In this document: positions 46,049-56,646 of the stretch, in pieces | Position numbering within the stretch: position 1 is the stretch's first letter | Layout: every line of letters begins with the position of its first letter | Source of the DNA: Isoptericola halotolerans | GTDB lineage: Bacteria; Actinomycetota; Actinomycetes; Actinomycetales; Cellulomonadaceae | Length of the DNA stretch: 64,000 bases | Assembly (NCBI RefSeq): GCF_013149785.1 | Contig: NZ_JABEZU010000001.1 | Span: forward strand, 744,001 to 808,000 | Direction of reading: 5' to 3' | Position numbers and translations under genes: made by a program | Notes under the pieces: model-generated | Told to the model about the DNA's origin: nothing | Database searches by the model: none | What the model saw: only the letters and a program-made list of their open reading frames with translations

Positions 46049-46163
46049 CCGCTCGGAGCGTGTCTCACCCCGGTGAGGCGGTTCCGGCACTGTGGAGGTG
46101 CACGAGCGGCGTCGAGCTCCGGATTTCGTCCGGACCGCGATGGCCGTGTAATGTTTCCTCCGC

Positions 46164-46236
46164 GCCCCGATAGCTCAGTCGGTAGAGCATCTCCATGGTA
46201 AGGAGAAGGTCAAGGGTTCGAATCCCTTTCGGGGCT
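46164..46236 (+). tRNA. tRNA-Thr(GGT)
   Basis: GCCCCGA/TCGGGGC acceptor stem, TCTCC-ATGGTAA-GGAGA anticodon arm, GGTTCGAATCC. Confidence 0.96.
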
Positions 46237-46301
46237 CTGTGACATGTCGCGGGGCCGCCACCCGGTATACCGGGTGGATGGTCTCGCGATGAGTCACGCG
46301 C

Positions 46302-46378
46302 GGCGGGGTAGCTCAGCTGGTCAGAGCGCACGACTCATAATCGTGAGGTCGCGGGTTCGAGCCCCGCCCTCGCTACCA
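46302..46378 (+). tRNA. tRNA-Met(CAT), probably elongator
   Basis: CACGA-CTCATAA-TCGTG anticodon arm and encoded CCA. Lacks the initiator GGG/CCC anticodon stem. Ile2 identity is not excluded. Confidence 0.92.
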
Positions 46379-46471
46379 TCCACACGGCACACACGGTTCG
46401 ACGGCCGGCGTCGAACCACCCAGTTCCTTGACGCACGTTGCGCCTTCCGGGGGCGCGAGAGGTGACACACC

Positions 46472-46642
46472 ATGGCTTCCAAGAGCGCGGACGTCCGCCC
46501 GAAGATCACGCTCGCCTGCGTGGACTGCAAGGAGCGGAACTACATCACCAAGAAGAACCGGCGCAACAACCCGGACCGTCTCGAGATGGCGAAGTTCTGC
46601 CCGCGTTGCGCCAAGCACACGTCGCACCGCGAGACCCGCTGA
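46472..46642 (+). CDS. rpmG: 50S ribosomal protein L33 (Zn-binding form, 56 aa, below ORF-track cutoff)
   Basis: [56 protein letters not shown]. Confidence 0.97.
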   Translation: MASKSADVRPKITLACVDCKERNYITKKNRRNNPDRLEMAKFCPRCAKHTSHRETR

Positions 46643-46665
46643 CGCGGCTCGTCCTCGACAGCGAC

Positions 46666-47139
46666 GTGGCGAGCACCCTGCCCGACGCCGGCTTCGCCGG
46701 TCGTGAGTACCCGGTCACCGCACCGTACTCCGTGGGGCGCGAGAAGATCCGCGAGTTCGCCACCGCTGTCGGTTCCCAGCACCCCGCCCACCACGATCTT
46801 GTGGCGGCGCGGGGTCTTGGCTATCCGGACCTGGTGGCGCCGCCGACCTTCGCGGTCGTCGTCGCCCAGCGTGCCGAGTCCCAGTACGTCGCCGACCCGG
46901 CGGCCGGGATCGACTTCTCCCGCGTGGTGCATGCGGACGAGCAGTTCACGCACCACCGTCCGATCGTCGCGGGCGACGAGCTCGTGACGATCCTGCACGT
47001 GGACGCGGTGACCCAGCGCTCCAGCATCTCGATGGTCACGACGCGCTGCGAGATCCACGCGGCGTCCCCCGAGGGCGCCCCGGGCGAGCACGTCGCCACG
47101 GTGACCTCCAGCCTCGTCGTCCGTGGGGAGGACGCCTGA
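46666..47139 (+). CDS. MaoC-like dehydratase subunit (HadA-like)
   Basis: YSVGREKIREFA, APPTF and VVHADEQF..HRPI.AGD. Typical position after rpmG. Start approximate. Confidence 0.88.
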   Translation: MASTLPDAGFAGREYPVTAPYSVGREKIREFATAVGSQHPAHHDLVAARGLGYPDLVAPPTFAVVVAQRAESQYVADPAAGIDFSRVVHADEQFTHHRPIVAGDELVTILHVDAVTQRSSISMVTTRCEIHAASPEGAPGEHVATVTSSLVVRGEDA

Positions 47140-47570
47140 TGGCCACGCAGAGGCCCGACCTGGCATCGCTCTCGGCCGGTGACGTCGTCGCCACCCGGTC
47201 GATCGAGCTCGACCGGGCTGCTCTGGTGCGGTACGCGGGCGCCAGCGGGGACTTCAACCCCATCCACTGGAACGAGGAGTTCGCCACCGAGGTCGGGCTT
47301 CCCGGAGTGATCGCCCACGGCATGTGCACGATGGGCTCCGTGATCGCTGTCGTCGAGGACTGGGCGGGCGACCCCGGCGCGATCGTGCGGTACGGCACGC
47401 GTTTCACCAAGCCGGTGCCGGTGCCCTCCCGCGGTGCCGCCGTCGTCGAGGTCACCGCCACGGTCGGTGCCGTGGACGCCGAGGCCGGGACGGTTCGTGT
47501 CGACCTCGCGGTCGTGCACGACGGTGCCAAGGTCCTGGGCCGCGCCCAGGCCGTCGTCCGCCTCGCCTGA
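47139..47570 (+). CDS. MaoC-family dehydratase (HadB-like)
   Basis: Hydratase motif YAGASGDFNPIHW...GVIAHGM. Confidence 0.92.
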   Translation: MATQRPDLASLSAGDVVATRSIELDRAALVRYAGASGDFNPIHWNEEFATEVGLPGVIAHGMCTMGSVIAVVEDWAGDPGAIVRYGTRFTKPVPVPSRGAAVVEVTATVGAVDAEAGTVRVDLAVVHDGAKVLGRAQAVVRLA

Positions 47571-47674
47571 CGATTCTTCCTCCCCGCGGAGCCGGCCCTT
47601 CCCAATCGCAGGTGACACGAGTAACTTGTCGCTGGTAGCACTCCCGACGGCGGGAGCGCAGACCATCGAAGGAG

Positions 47675-49129
47675 ATGCTCATGTCCCGACCTGCCATGCC
47701 TCTGCCGTCTGCCGCGGCCCCTGGTGAAGCCGATCGCACCGGGATCTCCCGGCGCGGCCTGCTCGTCGCCGGCGCCGCCGGGGCGCTGACCCTCGCCACC
47801 GGGGCCGAGGCGTGGGCCGCAGGAACCCGACTGCACCCGAGCGGTGGTGGTGCCGCGGCGCCGTCGGGCTCCGTGCGCCGCGCCCACGGGTTCCTCGGCG
47901 CGATGACCGACGCCTATCCCGCGGTGAACCCGGGTCCCCGCCTGGCCCAGTCCTACGCCGACCAGCTCGGCCTGTTCTCGACCGCGTTCGTCTACGACGT
48001 CGCGCTGATGATCTGCGCCTCCCTGGCGGGAGGGCGCGTCGAGCGGGCGAAGGTCCTGGCCGACGGCCTGGTCTTCGCCCAGGAGCACGACCCGGCCCAC
48101 GACGACGGTCGGCTCCGCCAGGCGTACAACGCCGGCCCGTACACGTTCTACGACGGCAACCCGCAGCCGTACGGTCTCGAGCTCCCGGACGGCACCGCCA
48201 ACATCGGCTGGCAGTTCGGGTTCCTCGGGACGGCGGTCGGGGACATGGCCTGGCCGGGGATCGCCCTGCTGCACACCTACGAGGCGACCGGCGACCGGCG
48301 CTACCGGGACGCTGCGGTGCGCATCGGTGAGTGGATCCTCGACAACGCCTGGTCGACCCGGCCGCTGGGAGGGTTCTCCTTCGGTGTCGACGGCGGCAAC
48401 GCCCCGATCCCCAACGGCTCGACCGAGCACAACGTCGACTGCGTGGCGTTCTTCCGCCAGCTCGACGCGCTGGCCGGCGGCCGGCGGTGGCGGACGGCAG
48501 AGCGGCACGCCCGGCAGTTCGTCGACCGCATGTGGGACCACCGTGGGGGGTACTTCTACACCGGCACCAACGACGGCGAGGAGATCAACACCGACCCGCT
48601 GCCGCTGGACCCGGCGACCTGGGGATGGCTCGCCCTGCGGGAGAACCGCTACGGGCGAGCCGTCGACTGGGTCGCCTCGGACCTCGCGGCCCGCGACGTC
48701 GGCGGCCGGGGGCTCTCCCAGCTGCCCGACGGCGTGTCGATCTCCGGCGTGACGTTCTCGAGCGCCAGCCTGACCACGACCGCGTCGTACGAGGGCGTCC
48801 CGGCCCATCCGGACGCCGTGTGGCTGGAAGGGACGGCTCAGCTGGCCTGCGCCCTGACCGACCGGGGGCGTGGTCGTCACGACCAGGGCCGTGCCGACCG
48901 GCTGCTGGTCGAGCTGCGCCGCACGCAGGAGCTGCTCGGGGCCGACCAGACGGTCGGTGGTCGGGCCCTGCCCGCGCGCTCCGGCGTGGTCGCCGCGACC
49001 AGCCTCGTCGACACCGGGTTCGGTTTCGGGTACTTCCAGGTCCAGCACACGGGTGCCACCGCGTGGTACCTCATGGCCGCAGCCGGGGCCAACCCGCTCC
49101 AGGTCGGTGGCCTGCGCGGACGCAGGTGA
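47675..49129 (+). CDS. Tat-exported protein, possible six-hairpin glycosidase-like fold
   Basis: SRRGLL twin-arginine signal with AEA/AWA cleavage site. Aromatic/acidic motifs YD.AL, STEHNVD, VWLEGT. Fold is inferred. Confidence 0.7.
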   Translation: MLMSRPAMPLPSAAAPGEADRTGISRRGLLVAGAAGALTLATGAEAWAAGTRLHPSGGGAAAPSGSVRRAHGFLGAMTDAYPAVNPGPRLAQSYADQLGLFSTAFVYDVALMICASLAGGRVERAKVLADGLVFAQEHDPAHDDGRLRQAYNAGPYTFYDGNPQPYGLELPDGTANIGWQFGFLGTAVGDMAWPGIALLHTYEATGDRRYRDAAVRIGEWILDNAWSTRPLGGFSFGVDGGNAPIPNGSTEHNVDCVAFFRQLDALAGGRRWRTAERHARQFVDRMWDHRGGYFYTGTNDGEEINTDPLPLDPATWGWLALRENRYGRAVDWVASDLAARDVGGRGLSQLPDGVSISGVTFSSASLTTTASYEGVPAHPDAVWLEGTAQLACALTDRGRGRHDQGRADRLLVELRRTQELLGADQTVGGRALPARSGVVAATSLVDTGFGFGYFQVQHTGATAWYLMAAAGANPLQVGGLRGRR

Positions 49130-49180
49130 CGACGCCGGCCCCCTGAGCAGCGCGACGGTGCGCCGTGCTACGTTGCAGGT

Positions 49181-51040
<1,860 letters not shown>

Positions 51041-51055
51041 GACCACGCCCCCTCC

Positions 51056-51126
51056 GCGCCCCTGCGGGTGCACGACACGCCGTCTGACGCGAACCGGCAG
51101 CGGCGTGTCGTGCACCCCAGGGGCGC
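51056..51126. terminator. Long inverted repeat after thiC
   Basis: GCGCCCCTGCGGGTGCACGACACGCCG / CGGCGTGTCGTGCACCCCAGGGGCGC, ~26-bp stem with one bulge. Confidence 0.65.
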
Positions 51127-51144
51127 CGTCGGTGGACCTGAGGC

Positions 51145-51178
51145 TTAGGTGAGGCTAAGTTAGGCGAGCCTGACCTCA
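51145..51178. promoter_or_regulatory. Two overlapping DtxR/IdeR/DmdR iron boxes
   Basis: TTAGGTGAGGCTAAGTTAG (51145-51163) and TTAGGCGAGCCTGACCTCA (51160-51178), each ~15/19 to TTAGGTTAGSCTAACCTAA. Upstream of siderophore genes. Confidence 0.85.
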
Positions 51179-51206
51179 TCCCCTTGTCTCCCGAGGAGTC
51201 CCGGAC

Positions 51207-52787
51207 GTGTCTCTCACTCCGCCCGATGTGACCCTGACCAGCACCGACGCGCTGCTCAACAGCGGCACCGCGGGCGTCTACGCCCGCACGGTCCACCGCG
51301 TCGTCGACGACGTCGCGGCCCGTCTCGCGGCCGTCGACCAGCCGTGGAGCGGGGCGAGCCGGACCGAGCTCGCCGAGCTCGTCGACGGCGTCGACCTCGA
51401 TTCGTCCGGCGTGGGCACCGAGGACGCGCTGCGCGAGACCGCCGCGCTCTACGCCACCCACGCCGTCTGGTTCCACGACCCCGCCTACGCGGCTCACCTC
51501 AACTGCCCGGTGGCCGTCCCGGCCGTGGGCGCCGAGGCGATGCTCGCCGCCATCAACACCTCGGTCGACACCTACGACCAGTCCACCGTCGCCACCCTCA
51601 TGGAGCGCCGCCTCGTCGCCTGGGCGAACCGGCGCATCGGCTTCGCCGGCGGTGACGGCGTCTTCACCTCCGGTGGCACCCAGTCCAACCTGCACGCGCT
51701 GCTCGCTGCGCGAGAGCGCGCGCTGACCGGCCCGGACGGCAACCGTCTCACCGGGATCGCCCGGCACGGGCTGCAGGGTCGGCTGCGCGTCCTGGCCACC
51801 GCAGCCGGCCACTTCTCCGTCGCGAAGTCCGCGATGATCCTCGGGCTCGCCGACGACGCCGTGGTCACGGTCGCGACGGACGCGAGCGGACGGATGGACC
51901 CCGACGCGCTCGCTGGGGCGCTCGCCACCACCGAGCGCGTCGGCGACGTCGTCATGGCGGTGGTGGCCACGGCCGGCACCACGGACCGCGGCACCATCGA
52001 CCCCCTCGGTCCGGTCGCCGACCTGTGCGACGCCACCGACACCTGGCTGCACGTCGACGCGGCCTACGGCGGCGGACTGCTCGTCTCGCGCACCCGCCGT
52101 CACCTCCTCGACGGCATCGAGCGCGCCCGCAGCGTCACCGTCGACTTCCACAAGACCTTCTTCCAGCCGGTCTCGGCCAGCGCCGTCCTGGTCCGGGAGC
52201 CCGAGGACCTGGCCCGGACCGCCTGGCACGCCGACTACCTCAACCCTGTCGAGGACTCCGCCGAGGTCAACCAGGTGGACCGGTCGCTGCAGACCACCCG
52301 CCGGTTCGACGCCCTCAAGCTGTGGACGACGCTGCGCGCGATCGGTCCGGACGGCATCGGCGCGATGGTCGACGCCGTCTGCGACCTCGCCGCCGCCGTG
52401 CACGCCGACCTCGCCCGTGACCCCGAGCTGCACGTGGTGAGCGGCACCGACCTGTCCACGGTGATCTTCCGGTACCAGCCCGACGGCGTCACCGACGAGC
52501 AGGCGGACGCCCTCGTGGCGCGCGTCCGTCGCGTCCTGTTCGACTCCGGTCGCGCCAGCGTGGCCAAGACCGTGATCGACGGCCGCCCCTGCCTGAAGCT
52601 CACCCTGCTCAACCCTGCCGTCACCCTCGCCGACGTGCGCCGCGTGCTGAGCCTGGTGCGGGACGCAGCGCACGGCCTCCTCGCGGGCCAGGCGCTCGCC
52701 GACGAGCACGAGCCCCCCTGCCGCGACGTCCACCCGCACCTCGCCCGCCACGCCGGCGACGCCGTCGGCCCGAAGGAGGCCCGCTGA
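51207..52787 (+). CDS. desA: PLP-dependent lysine/amino-acid decarboxylase (DesA-like)
   Basis: AHLNCP, FTSGGTQSN, ATAGTT, HVDAAYGG, DFHK and SLQTTRRFDALKLW. Confidence 0.88.
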   Translation: MSLTPPDVTLTSTDALLNSGTAGVYARTVHRVVDDVAARLAAVDQPWSGASRTELAELVDGVDLDSSGVGTEDALRETAALYATHAVWFHDPAYAAHLNCPVAVPAVGAEAMLAAINTSVDTYDQSTVATLMERRLVAWANRRIGFAGGDGVFTSGGTQSNLHALLAARERALTGPDGNRLTGIARHGLQGRLRVLATAAGHFSVAKSAMILGLADDAVVTVATDASGRMDPDALAGALATTERVGDVVMAVVATAGTTDRGTIDPLGPVADLCDATDTWLHVDAAYGGGLLVSRTRRHLLDGIERARSVTVDFHKTFFQPVSASAVLVREPEDLARTAWHADYLNPVEDSAEVNQVDRSLQTTRRFDALKLWTTLRAIGPDGIGAMVDAVCDLAAAVHADLARDPELHVVSGTDLSTVIFRYQPDGVTDEQADALVARVRRVLFDSGRASVAKTVIDGRPCLKLTLLNPAVTLADVRRVLSLVRDAAHGLLAGQALADEHEPPCRDVHPHLARHAGDAVGPKEAR

Positions 52788-54163
52788 TGAGAACGTACGA
52801 CCTCGTGGGGATCGGAGTCGGGCCGTTCAACCTCGGGCTGGCGGCGCTCGCGGACCCGCTGGCCGACGTGGACGCCGTGTTCCTCGACCAGGCACAGGAG
52901 TTCCGCTGGCACCCGGGCATGATGATCGAGGGCGCGACGATCCAGGTGCCGTTCCTCGCCGACCTGGTGACGATGGCCGACCCGACCTCGCCGTACTCCT
53001 TCCTGGCCTATCTCAAGGAGGTCGGTCGGCTGTACCCCTTCTACATCCGCGAGTCCTTCTACCCGCTGCGCGCCGAGTACGACGCGTACTGCCGGTGGGT
53101 CGCGGACCGTCTGGAGACGCTGCGGTGGGGACGCCGCGTCGTCGCCGTCGAGCACGATCCGGCGAGCGACACCTACGTCGTCACGGCGGAGGTGACCGGC
53201 GCCGACGAACCGGGTGAGCCCCGCCGCGAGAAGTACCGGGCCCGGCACGTCGTGCTCGGCGTCGGCACGACCCCGAGGCTGCCCGCCCCGTTGGCGGCGC
53301 TCGCGGCGACCGCGGCCGCCACCGAGGGTGCCGGTCCGGTGGTCCACAGCGCCGACTACCTGCCGCACCGCGCCGACCTGACGGAGAGCGGTGCCGTGAC
53401 GGTGGTCGGTTCCGGGCAGTCCGCCGCGGAGATCTACCGGGACCTGCTCCAGGAAGCGGGCAGGTACCGGCTGGACTGGGTGACCCGCTCGCCGCGGTTC
53501 TTCCCGATGGAGTACACCAAGCTCACCCTCGAGATGACCTCGCCCGAGTACACCGACCACTTCCACGCCCTGGACCCCGAGCTGCGCGACCTCCTCGGCC
53601 GCGAGCAGCGTCACCTCTCCAAGGGCATCAGCGGTGACGTCGTCGACGACATCTACGACACGCTCTACCGTCGCAGCGCCCTGGGCCGTGAGGTCCCCAC
53701 CTCGCTGCTCACCGACACCGAGGTGGTCGCGGCGCGCACCGAGCGGGCCGAGGACGGCGCCTGCGAGCACGTCCTGACCCTGCGGCACGCCCAGCTCGGC
53801 ACGACGGCCGAGCACCGCACGCGCGCCGTCGTCGCCGCGACGGGGTACGGCTCCGGGGTGCCCGCGTTCCTCGATCCGGTGCGTGATCGTCTCCGGCTGG
53901 ACGACCGTGGCCGGTTCGACGTCACCCGCGACTACTCGGTGTCCGCCGACGACCGCCTGCACACCCTCAACGGGGAGGAGCACACGCACGGTGTGACGGC
54001 TCCGGACCTCGGGTTCGGCGCGTGGCGGAACGCGGTGGTCCTGGCGAAGGTCACCGGCCGGGAGCCGTACGCCGTCGAGCGGCGTATCGCCTTCCAGTCG
54101 TTCGGCCTCCCCGACGGCGCCCCCGCCGCGCTCGCCGGGACGGCTCAGGAGGTCGCCCGGTGA
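52787..54163 (+). CDS. desB: Lysine/cadaverine N-hydroxylase (DesB/IucD-like)
   Basis: GIGVGPFNLGLA, WHPGM, FLADLVT, GSGQSAAE, EYTKLTLEMTSP and ATGY. Confidence 0.9.
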   Translation: MRTYDLVGIGVGPFNLGLAALADPLADVDAVFLDQAQEFRWHPGMMIEGATIQVPFLADLVTMADPTSPYSFLAYLKEVGRLYPFYIRESFYPLRAEYDAYCRWVADRLETLRWGRRVVAVEHDPASDTYVVTAEVTGADEPGEPRREKYRARHVVLGVGTTPRLPAPLAALAATAAATEGAGPVVHSADYLPHRADLTESGAVTVVGSGQSAAEIYRDLLQEAGRYRLDWVTRSPRFFPMEYTKLTLEMTSPEYTDHFHALDPELRDLLGREQRHLSKGISGDVVDDIYDTLYRRSALGREVPTSLLTDTEVVAARTERAEDGACEHVLTLRHAQLGTTAEHRTRAVVAATGYGSGVPAFLDPVRDRLRLDDRGRFDVTRDYSVSADDRLHTLNGEEHTHGVTAPDLGFGAWRNAVVLAKVTGREPYAVERRIAFQSFGLPDGAPAALAGTAQEVAR

Positions 54164-56646
54164 CCGCGAGCGCAGTGCTGACGACCAGCACGTACACCGC
54201 CCCGACCCCCCTGGGCGACCTGGCGTTCGCCTCCGCGGTGCCCGCCGTCGACGCCGTGGCGGTGCACGGATGGCTGGCCCACCCGGCGTCGGCGGCGTGG
54301 CACATGGGCGACCTGTCGCCGGACGAGGTGCACGACTACCTCGCCGCCGTGGCCGCGGACGACGCCCAGCAGGGCTGGATCGGTCGCCTGGACGGGGAAC
54401 CGGTCGTCTACGTCGAGACGTACGACCCGGCCCGGGTGCTCCTGACGGGCGTCCACGACGCCGAGCCCGGCGACGTCGGCATGCACCTGCTCGTCGCGCC
54501 GGCGCCCGAGGACCGGCACGCGCGCCGACCCGGGCTCACCGACGCCGTGATGTCGGCGGTCGTGCGCTTCTGCCTCGCCGACACCGCCGCGGGCGGGCGT
54601 GGGGGAGCGCGCGTCGTCGTCGAACCCGACGTGCAGAACGCGAAGATCGCCGCCAAGAACGCTGCCGCCGGTTTTCGGGTCCTGCGCGAGGTCGAGGTGA
54701 CCGACGGCGGCCTCACCAAGACGGCCGCGCTGAGCGTGTGCACGCACCAGGACTTCGCGGCGTCCCCCCTGGGCGACGGCGTCGCCGTGGCACCGCACCT
54801 GCGCGGCGACCTCGCCGAGCGCGCCCACCGCCACCTCGTGGCCAAGGCGGTCGCCGAGCTCGCGCACGAGCGGCTCTTCGCCCCGGAGCTCGACGGCACC
54901 GGCGGGCCGGAGGGCCCGGGTCGCCCACGGGGCTACCGGCTCGACCTCGACGCCGTCACCTACTCCTTCGTCGCGCGCACCTTCGCCCTGGAGCACTGGG
55001 TCCTCGACCCGGCGTCGATCACCCGCACGGGACACGACGGCCGGGACCTCCCGGTCGACGTCCTCGAGCTCGTCACCGACCTGCAGCCGATGCTGGCGAT
55101 CCCCGAGGACCTCCTGGCGACCTACCTGGAAGAGCTGTCGAGCACGCTGGCTGCCGCCATGGCCAAGCGCGACCGCGAGCTGAGCGGCGTCACGCCCGAC
55201 GTCGTCCGGCTGGTCGCGGGGCTCACGGCACCGGAGGCTGCGGGACCGGAGGCGCAGGAACCGGCACAGCACCCGGCGGAGGACCGCCGTCGGACGGCGC
55301 AGTCCTTCCAGGCCGTCGAGGCCGCGATGAGCGAGGGGCACCCGGGGTTCCTCGCGAACAACGGCCGGATCGGCTTCTCGCTGCCCGACTACGAGCGGTA
55401 CGCCCCGGAGCGCGGCGGCCGGTTGCGGCTGCAGTGGCTCGCCGCACGCCGTGCGCACAGCCACCTGGCGCTCGCGGCCGACCAGTCCGAGGCGGGGCTG
55501 TACGAGGCGGAGCTGAGCGGCGCCGAGCGTGCGGCGTTCGCCGCCCGGCTCGCCGCCCGCGGCCTCGACCCGGCCGACTACCTCTACCTGCCGGTCCACC
55601 CCTGGCAGGCGGAGCACCGGGTGCCGATCACGTTCGCGGCGGACGTCGCCCGGGACGACCTGGTGCTGCTCGGTCAGGGCGCCGACGAGTACACCCCGCA
55701 GCAGTCGATCCGCACGATGTTCAACCGCACCCGGCCCGAGAGGCACTACGTCAAGGTGGCCCTCGCCATCCAGAACATGGGGTTCCTGCGCGGGCTGTCC
55801 CCGGCCTACATGCGCGCGACCCCGGCGATCAACGACTGGGTCGCACGCCTGGTCGAGGGGGACGGCACGCTGCAGGCCGCGGGGTTCGGGGTGCTGCGCG
55901 AGCTCGCCTCCGTCGGCTACACGGGGGACGTCTACCACCGCACCGACCGCCCCAACGCGCACCGCAAGATGCTGGCCGCGCTGTGGCGCGAGTCCCCGCT
56001 GCCGCGCACGGCGCCGGGGGAGAGGCTGGCGACGATGGCGTCCCTGCTGCACCGGGACGCGGCCGGTTCGGCGCTGGTCACCGAGCTCGTGCGAGTCTCG
56101 GGGGTCTCCGCCGACGCCTGGGTGCGTGCCTACCTGGACGCCTACCTCTACCCGCTGGTGCACGGCCTGCGGGCGCACGCCCTGGCCTTCATGCCGCACG
56201 GGGAGAACCTCGTGCTCGTGCTGCGCGACGGCGTGGTGCGGCGGGTGTTCATGAAGGACATCGGCGAGGAGGTCGCCGTGCTGTCCGACCGGGGGCTGCC
56301 GGAGCCGGTCTCCCGGGTCGTCTCCCCGGTGGACGACGCCGAGGCGGCGCTGGCGATCTTCACCGACGTGTTCGACGGCGTGCTGCGGCACCTCGCCGGC
56401 ATCCTGGCGGTCGACGGGGTGCTGGGCGAGGACCGGTTCTGGGCCCTGGTCGGTGAGTGCCTGGACCGTCACGAGGCCGAGCACCCGGACCTGGACTCCG
56501 GGGTCGACCTGCGCGCGGCGCGGTTCGCCCACTCGTGCCTCAACCGGCTCCAGCTGCGCAACACCCTGCAGATGGTGGACCTGGCCGACCAGTCGAGCTC
56601 GCTGATCTACGCGGGCACGCTGGCGAACCCGGTGGCCCGGCGGTGA
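54160..56646 (+). CDS. Fused acyltransferase (DesC/AlcB) - IucA/IucC NIS siderophore synthetase (DesD-like)
   Basis: N-terminal GDVGMHLLVAP / RVVVEPD..N. C-terminal GHP.F.ANNGRIGF, PVHPWQ, QQSIRT, NMGFLRGLS, PHGEN and MKDIGEE, all in one frame. Confidence 0.92.
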   Translation: MTASAVLTTSTYTAPTPLGDLAFASAVPAVDAVAVHGWLAHPASAAWHMGDLSPDEVHDYLAAVAADDAQQGWIGRLDGEPVVYVETYDPARVLLTGVHDAEPGDVGMHLLVAPAPEDRHARRPGLTDAVMSAVVRFCLADTAAGGRGGARVVVEPDVQNAKIAAKNAAAGFRVLREVEVTDGGLTKTAALSVCTHQDFAASPLGDGVAVAPHLRGDLAERAHRHLVAKAVAELAHERLFAPELDGTGGPEGPGRPRGYRLDLDAVTYSFVARTFALEHWVLDPASITRTGHDGRDLPVDVLELVTDLQPMLAIPEDLLATYLEELSSTLAAAMAKRDRELSGVTPDVVRLVAGLTAPEAAGPEAQEPAQHPAEDRRRTAQSFQAVEAAMSEGHPGFLANNGRIGFSLPDYERYAPERGGRLRLQWLAARRAHSHLALAADQSEAGLYEAELSGAERAAFAARLAARGLDPADYLYLPVHPWQAEHRVPITFAADVARDDLVLLGQGADEYTPQQSIRTMFNRTRPERHYVKVALAIQNMGFLRGLSPAYMRATPAINDWVARLVEGDGTLQAAGFGVLRELASVGYTGDVYHRTDRPNAHRKMLAALWRESPLPRTAPGERLATMASLLHRDAAGSALVTELVRVSGVSADAWVRAYLDAYLYPLVHGLRAHALAFMPHGENLVLVLRDGVVRRVFMKDIGEEVAVLSDRGLPEPVSRVVSPVDDAEAALAIFTDVFDGVLRHLAGILAVDGVLGEDRFWALVGECLDRHEAEHPDLDSGVDLRAARFAHSCLNRLQLRNTLQMVDLADQSSSLIYAGTLANPVARR

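Noticed and set aside
45861..46049. N-terminal extension of the rarD ORF (MAGEGFEPPKS...)
   Set aside because: It is the antisense reading of tRNA-Tyr and its promoter. The RarD-like sequence begins near 45860.
45967..46378. tRNA cluster as an attachment site for a prophage or ICE
   Set aside because: No integrase and no duplicated tRNA 3' end was noticed in the window.
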